In this document: positions 36,486-38,740 of the stretch, piece by piece | How positions within the stretch are numbered: position 1 is the first letter of the stretch | How the letters are laid out: each line of letters begins with the position of its first letter | Assembly (NCBI GenBank): GCA_903868455.1 | Contig: CAIPVK010000189.1 | Location: 1 to 38,740, forward strand | Source of the DNA: an uncultured Opitutia bacterium | Lineage (GTDB): Bacteria; Verrucomicrobiota; Verrucomicrobiia; Opitutales; UBA953 | Length of the DNA stretch: 38,740 nt | Reading direction: 5' to 3' | Made by a program: the position numbers and the translations under genes | The notes under the pieces: generated by a model | The model's input: the letters and a program-made list of their open reading frames with translations, nothing else | The model's database searches: none | Told to the model about the DNA's origin: nothing

Positions 36486-36586
36486 GGTCGCGCCATCCAG
36501 TAGAGGGTGGCGGCGGAAGTCGTCGCGGTCGCGCCGATGAACGCGGCAGCGAGAAGGGTACGCAGAGAGGTCCGTGCGGTACGCAT
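36482..36586 (-). other. orphaned signal-peptide mini-ORF; probable true 5' end of the giant gene in another frame
   Basis: My translation of the minus strand from the ATG at 36586: MRTARTSLRTLLAAAFIGATATTSAATLYWMARP-stop (TGA 36484-36482). The giant ORF's frame is open but start-less across this stretch. Adding one G at GGATGG (about 36493-36499) would read ...ATLYWDGATVTVNTASGGGSGTW. Confidence 0.7.
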
Positions 36587-36702
36587 AGATATAAGAAGGG
36601 GTATGGGTAAATTTAACGACCCGTCCCGAATCCCCGCAAGCCTCTTGGCCGGTTTTTTTTGGTTAAAGAAAGGAATACAGGCAGGGCCTACCCGTTCCAG
36701 CT

Positions 36703-36760
36703 GGGTAGGGTCGCGGCTACGTCCGAGACCTAGGGCATGGGCGTAGCCATGCCCTTACCC
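36703..36760. repeat. REP-B element (second copy, same orientation)
   Basis: Differs from 28414-28470 at 2 positions by eye (CGTGAC vs CGAGAC; CCCCTACC vs CCCTTACC). Confidence 0.8.
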
Positions 36761-36767
36761 TTGCAGC

Positions 36768-36823
36768 GGGTAGGGCCGGCTCACCGAGCCGGCCGCGGAC
36801 GCCTAGGCGTGGCGTCCCTACCC
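36768..36823. repeat. REP-A element (full copy, right of the giant gene, same orientation)
   Basis: GGGTAGGGCCGGCTCACCGAGCCGGCCGCGGACGCCTAGGCGTGGCGTCCCTACCC. Confidence 0.85.
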
Positions 36824-37128
36824 GGAGAAGAATTCAGATGAAAGAATTCAAAGTTCAGAACGGGAGACAGGCGGTCCGCTCGGTGAGCGGATCCTACCCA
36901 TTCCAGCGGTAGCTGCGGTAACAGCGGTGGCAGCGGGTCAGCGGAGGGGCCTTCGGCCCCAGGAGCTTATCCTCGTCATCCTCCCAATCCTCGTCACCCC
37001 TGCCCTTTCGGCCTTTTTTAGCCCCTTCTAGCTACTTCTAGCTTCTTTCCAGCCCTTCCCAGCCCTTCCCAGCCTTCCTCCCACAGTTGCCAACCACCCC
37101 GGAAACACCATCTAGAACCTTTCCGACC

Positions 37129-38205
37129 GTGTCCCGCATCCTTGTGGCCCTCTCCGGCGGCGTCGACAGCGCCGTGGCCGCCCTCCTGCTCAAGCGCGAG
37201 GGGCACGAGCTCGTGGGAGCCCATATCCGGACCTGGAAGAACGAGGAGGGCCTCCCCTTCCCCGGTGAATGCCCCTGGGAGGCCGACCAGCGGGATGCCG
37301 AGGCCGTCGCCCGGACCCTGGGAATCCCCTTCCGTTCGGTCGACCTCGTGGCCGACTACCGCCGGGTCGTGGTGGATTATCTCGTGGAGGGCTACCGGCG
37401 CGGCCTTACCCCCAACCCCGACATCGTCTGCAACCGCGAGATGAAGTTCGGGGCCTTCCTGAACCTCGCCCGATCCGAGGGCTTCGAGGCCGTCGCCACC
37501 GGGCACTACGCCCGCCGCCTGCCCCGCCCCGACGGCTCGGTCGAGATCCACATGGGGGCCGACCGCGACAAGGACCAGACCTACTTCCTCGCGCTCAACC
37601 GCCAGGAGCAGATGCGCGACGCGCGTTTCCCGCTGGGAGGCCTGCTCAAGGGCGAGGTCCGCCGCCTCGCCACCGAGGCCGGCCTGCCCAACGCCGAGCG
37701 CAAGGACAGCCAAGGCATCTGCTTCCTCGGCCAGGTCCGCATCCAGGATTTCCTCGAGCGCCACATCCCCGACGCGCCGGGGCCGATCGAGACGCCCGAC
37801 GGCAAGGTGCTGGGCGAGCATCGCGGCCTGCACCGCTTCACGCTCGGACAGCGAAAGGGCATCGGATTGCCGTCCAACGCCGACCACGAGCACTTCGTCG
37901 TCGTGGCCAAGGACCTCGCGCGGCGCGCCCTCATCGTGGCCTTCGACCATCCGGGCACGCCCGGCCTCTACGCCGACCACGCCGTGGTCGACGGCCTCTC
38001 GTGGCTCAACGAGCCGGCGACCGAGGCGCGCGAGCTGCTCGCGCGCGTCCGCCACCGCGACCCCGCGACGCCGGCGCGCCTCGAGCCGCGCGGCGACGGG
38101 TCGGCGACCCTTAGGTTCGCCCGGACCCAGCGCGGCCTCGCCTCCGGGCAGGTCGTGGCGCTGTACGACGGCGAGCGGCTGATGGGAGGCGGCGTCCTGC
38201 GATGA
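37129..38205 (+). CDS. mnmA: tRNA 2-thiouridine(34) synthase MnmA
   Basis: PP-loop RILVALSGGVDSAVAA. Conserved NPDIVCN and DKDQTYFL. The track start 37087 is TTG and sits directly against the repeat array; the in-frame GTG at 37129 gives a typical MnmA N-terminus. Start is uncertain (37087 or 37129). Confidence 0.9.
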   Translation: MSRILVALSGGVDSAVAALLLKREGHELVGAHIRTWKNEEGLPFPGECPWEADQRDAEAVARTLGIPFRSVDLVADYRRVVVDYLVEGYRRGLTPNPDIVCNREMKFGAFLNLARSEGFEAVATGHYARRLPRPDGSVEIHMGADRDKDQTYFLALNRQEQMRDARFPLGGLLKGEVRRLATEAGLPNAERKDSQGICFLGQVRIQDFLERHIPDAPGPIETPDGKVLGEHRGLHRFTLGQRKGIGLPSNADHEHFVVVAKDLARRALIVAFDHPGTPGLYADHAVVDGLSWLNEPATEARELLARVRHRDPATPARLEPRGDGSATLRFARTQRGLASGQVVALYDGERLMGGGVLR

Positions 38206-38740
38206 GCGACGGCATCCCGCGGTCGGAGGAGGTGCGCGCCATGTTCGGCCGCATCAGCCGGCGCTACGATCTCGCCAACCGCGTCCTCAGCCTCGGCCTC
38301 TGCGTCGGCTGGCGCAACGCGCTGGTGCGCGCCTGCGCGGCGCGCCGCCCGGGCAAGGTCGCCGACCTGGCGACGGGCAGCGGCGACGTCGCCTTCGCCC
38401 TGCGCGCCGCCCTGCCCGAGTCGGCCGAGGTCGCCGGCCACGACTTCTGCGAGCCGCTGCTCGAGCTGGCGCGCGCCCGAGCGGCGCGCGAGGGGACGCG
38501 CGGGCTGAGCTTCGCGCAGGGCGACTGCCTCGCCCTGCCCTTGGCCGACGCCTCGGTCGACGCCGTGACGATCGCCTACGGCGTGCGCAACTTCGAGGAC
38601 CGCGCGCGCGGCCTGCGCGAGCTGCGCCGAATCGTCCGCCCGGGCGGCGCGGCCCTCATCCTCGAGTTCTCGCAGCCCGACGCCTGGTTCGCGCCGATCC
38701 ATTGGGTCCAGGTCCGGCTCATCGCCCCGGTGGTCGCGGC
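38202..38740 (+). CDS. ubiE: demethylmenaquinone/ubiquinone C-methyltransferase UbiE/MenG (5' part; runs off the window end)
   Basis: ATGA overlap with the mnmA stop. My translation is MSDGIPRSEEVRAMFGRISRRYDLANRVLSLGLCVGWRN...VADLATGSGDVA...AYGVRNFED...LRPGG, the UbiE/MenG class I SAM-methyltransferase pattern. No stop in the window. Confidence 0.85.
   Translation, partial: MSDGIPRSEEVRAMFGRISRRYDLANRVLSLGLCVGWRNALVRACAARRPGKVADLATGSGDVAFALRAALPESAEVAGHDFCEPLLELARARAAREGTRGLSFAQGDCLALPLADASVDAVTIAYGVRNFEDRARGLRELRRIVRPGGAALILEFSQPDAWFAPIHWVQVRLIAPVVA

Larger units (their letters stand above)
36703..37086. repeat. intergenic mosaic repeat array R7 (right flank of the giant gene)
   Basis: REP-B (36703-36760), REP-A (36768-36823), GAAGAATTCAGA words (36824-36864), REP half variant (36870-36899), (CAGCGGT)n 36903-36937, hairpin 36941-36965, then CCTCGTCATCC, CTTCTAGC and CCAGCCCTTCC words up to the mnmA start region. 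Confidence 0.9.

Noticed and set aside
29290-36503. Many 60-360-aa plus-strand ORFs inside the giant gene
   Set aside because: All are antisense to a continuous 7.6-kb ORF with a coherent repeat architecture and a PEP-CTERM end. They are Pro/Ala/Val/Arg-rich mirror images of Gly/Thr/Ala-rich repeats.
36587-36612. Sigma70-like TTAAAT-N16-TTATAT promoter directly abutting the giant gene's ATG
   Set aside because: The -10-like hexamer ends only 2 nt before the ATG, so the predicted transcription start would fall inside the ORF. The match to consensus is weak. Promoter rules for this lineage are unknown to me.
36640-36660. T8 run after a weak stem (CCGCAAGCCTCTTGGCCGGTTTTTTTT) as a plus-strand intrinsic terminator
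   Set aside because: The stem is only about 4-5 bp and no plus-strand gene lies upstream. It is more likely an A-tract upstream of the giant gene's promoter on the minus strand. It is kept only as a remark.

Overview
High-GC (roughly 68-70% by eye) bacterial chromosomal window. The giant PEP-CTERM protein built of autotransporter-associated beta-strand repeats, the pyrimidine-rich leaders without Shine-Dalgarno (SD) motifs and a DUF5069-like gene suggest a Verrucomicrobiota/Opitutales-like genome; this is inference only. I support 24 protein-coding genes plus one orphaned signal-peptide mini-ORF. On the minus strand: an LpxR-like / Ppx-GppA / SCO / membrane-protein cluster (1-2891). On the plus strand: six genes with overlapping start/stop codons, MlaE-MlaF-MlaD-lipoprotein-DUF5069-like-SpoU-like (3022-7666). 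Then a hypothetical gene plus an MFS transporter, a tandem M16 peptidase, prfB, a sulfatase plus a Tat-exported metallophosphoesterase, glgP, an Aas-like acyltransferase/acyl-ACP synthetase, a small secreted protein, alaS, nadK, a 7.6-kb giant surface-protein gene, mnmA and the 5' part of ubiE/menG. I found no tRNA, rRNA, CRISPR array, transposase, integrase, phage or recognisable defence genes. Most other long ORFs in the track are high-GC shadow ORFs (Arg/Pro/Gly/Ala-rich, antisense or out of frame to genes with clear homology). The most unusual content is non-coding. All eight long intergenic spacers (about 3.7 kb, roughly 10% of the window) are packed with a shared, shuffled vocabulary of short degenerate word repeats: GGGG-N2-4 words, GAGGAGGCGGAGGA words, AGCTGG/CTAGAAG words, 9-nt CCACCGCTG tracts, GC hairpins and two structured REP-like palindromic elements. 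Copies occur in both orientations, hairpin variants carry compensatory base changes, and G-quadruplex-type tracts overlap two stop codons. The giant gene is bracketed by direct copies of these repeat blocks, and its signal peptide lies in a different reading frame (apparent 1-nt indel). All family assignments come from motif recognition by eye; no searches were run.
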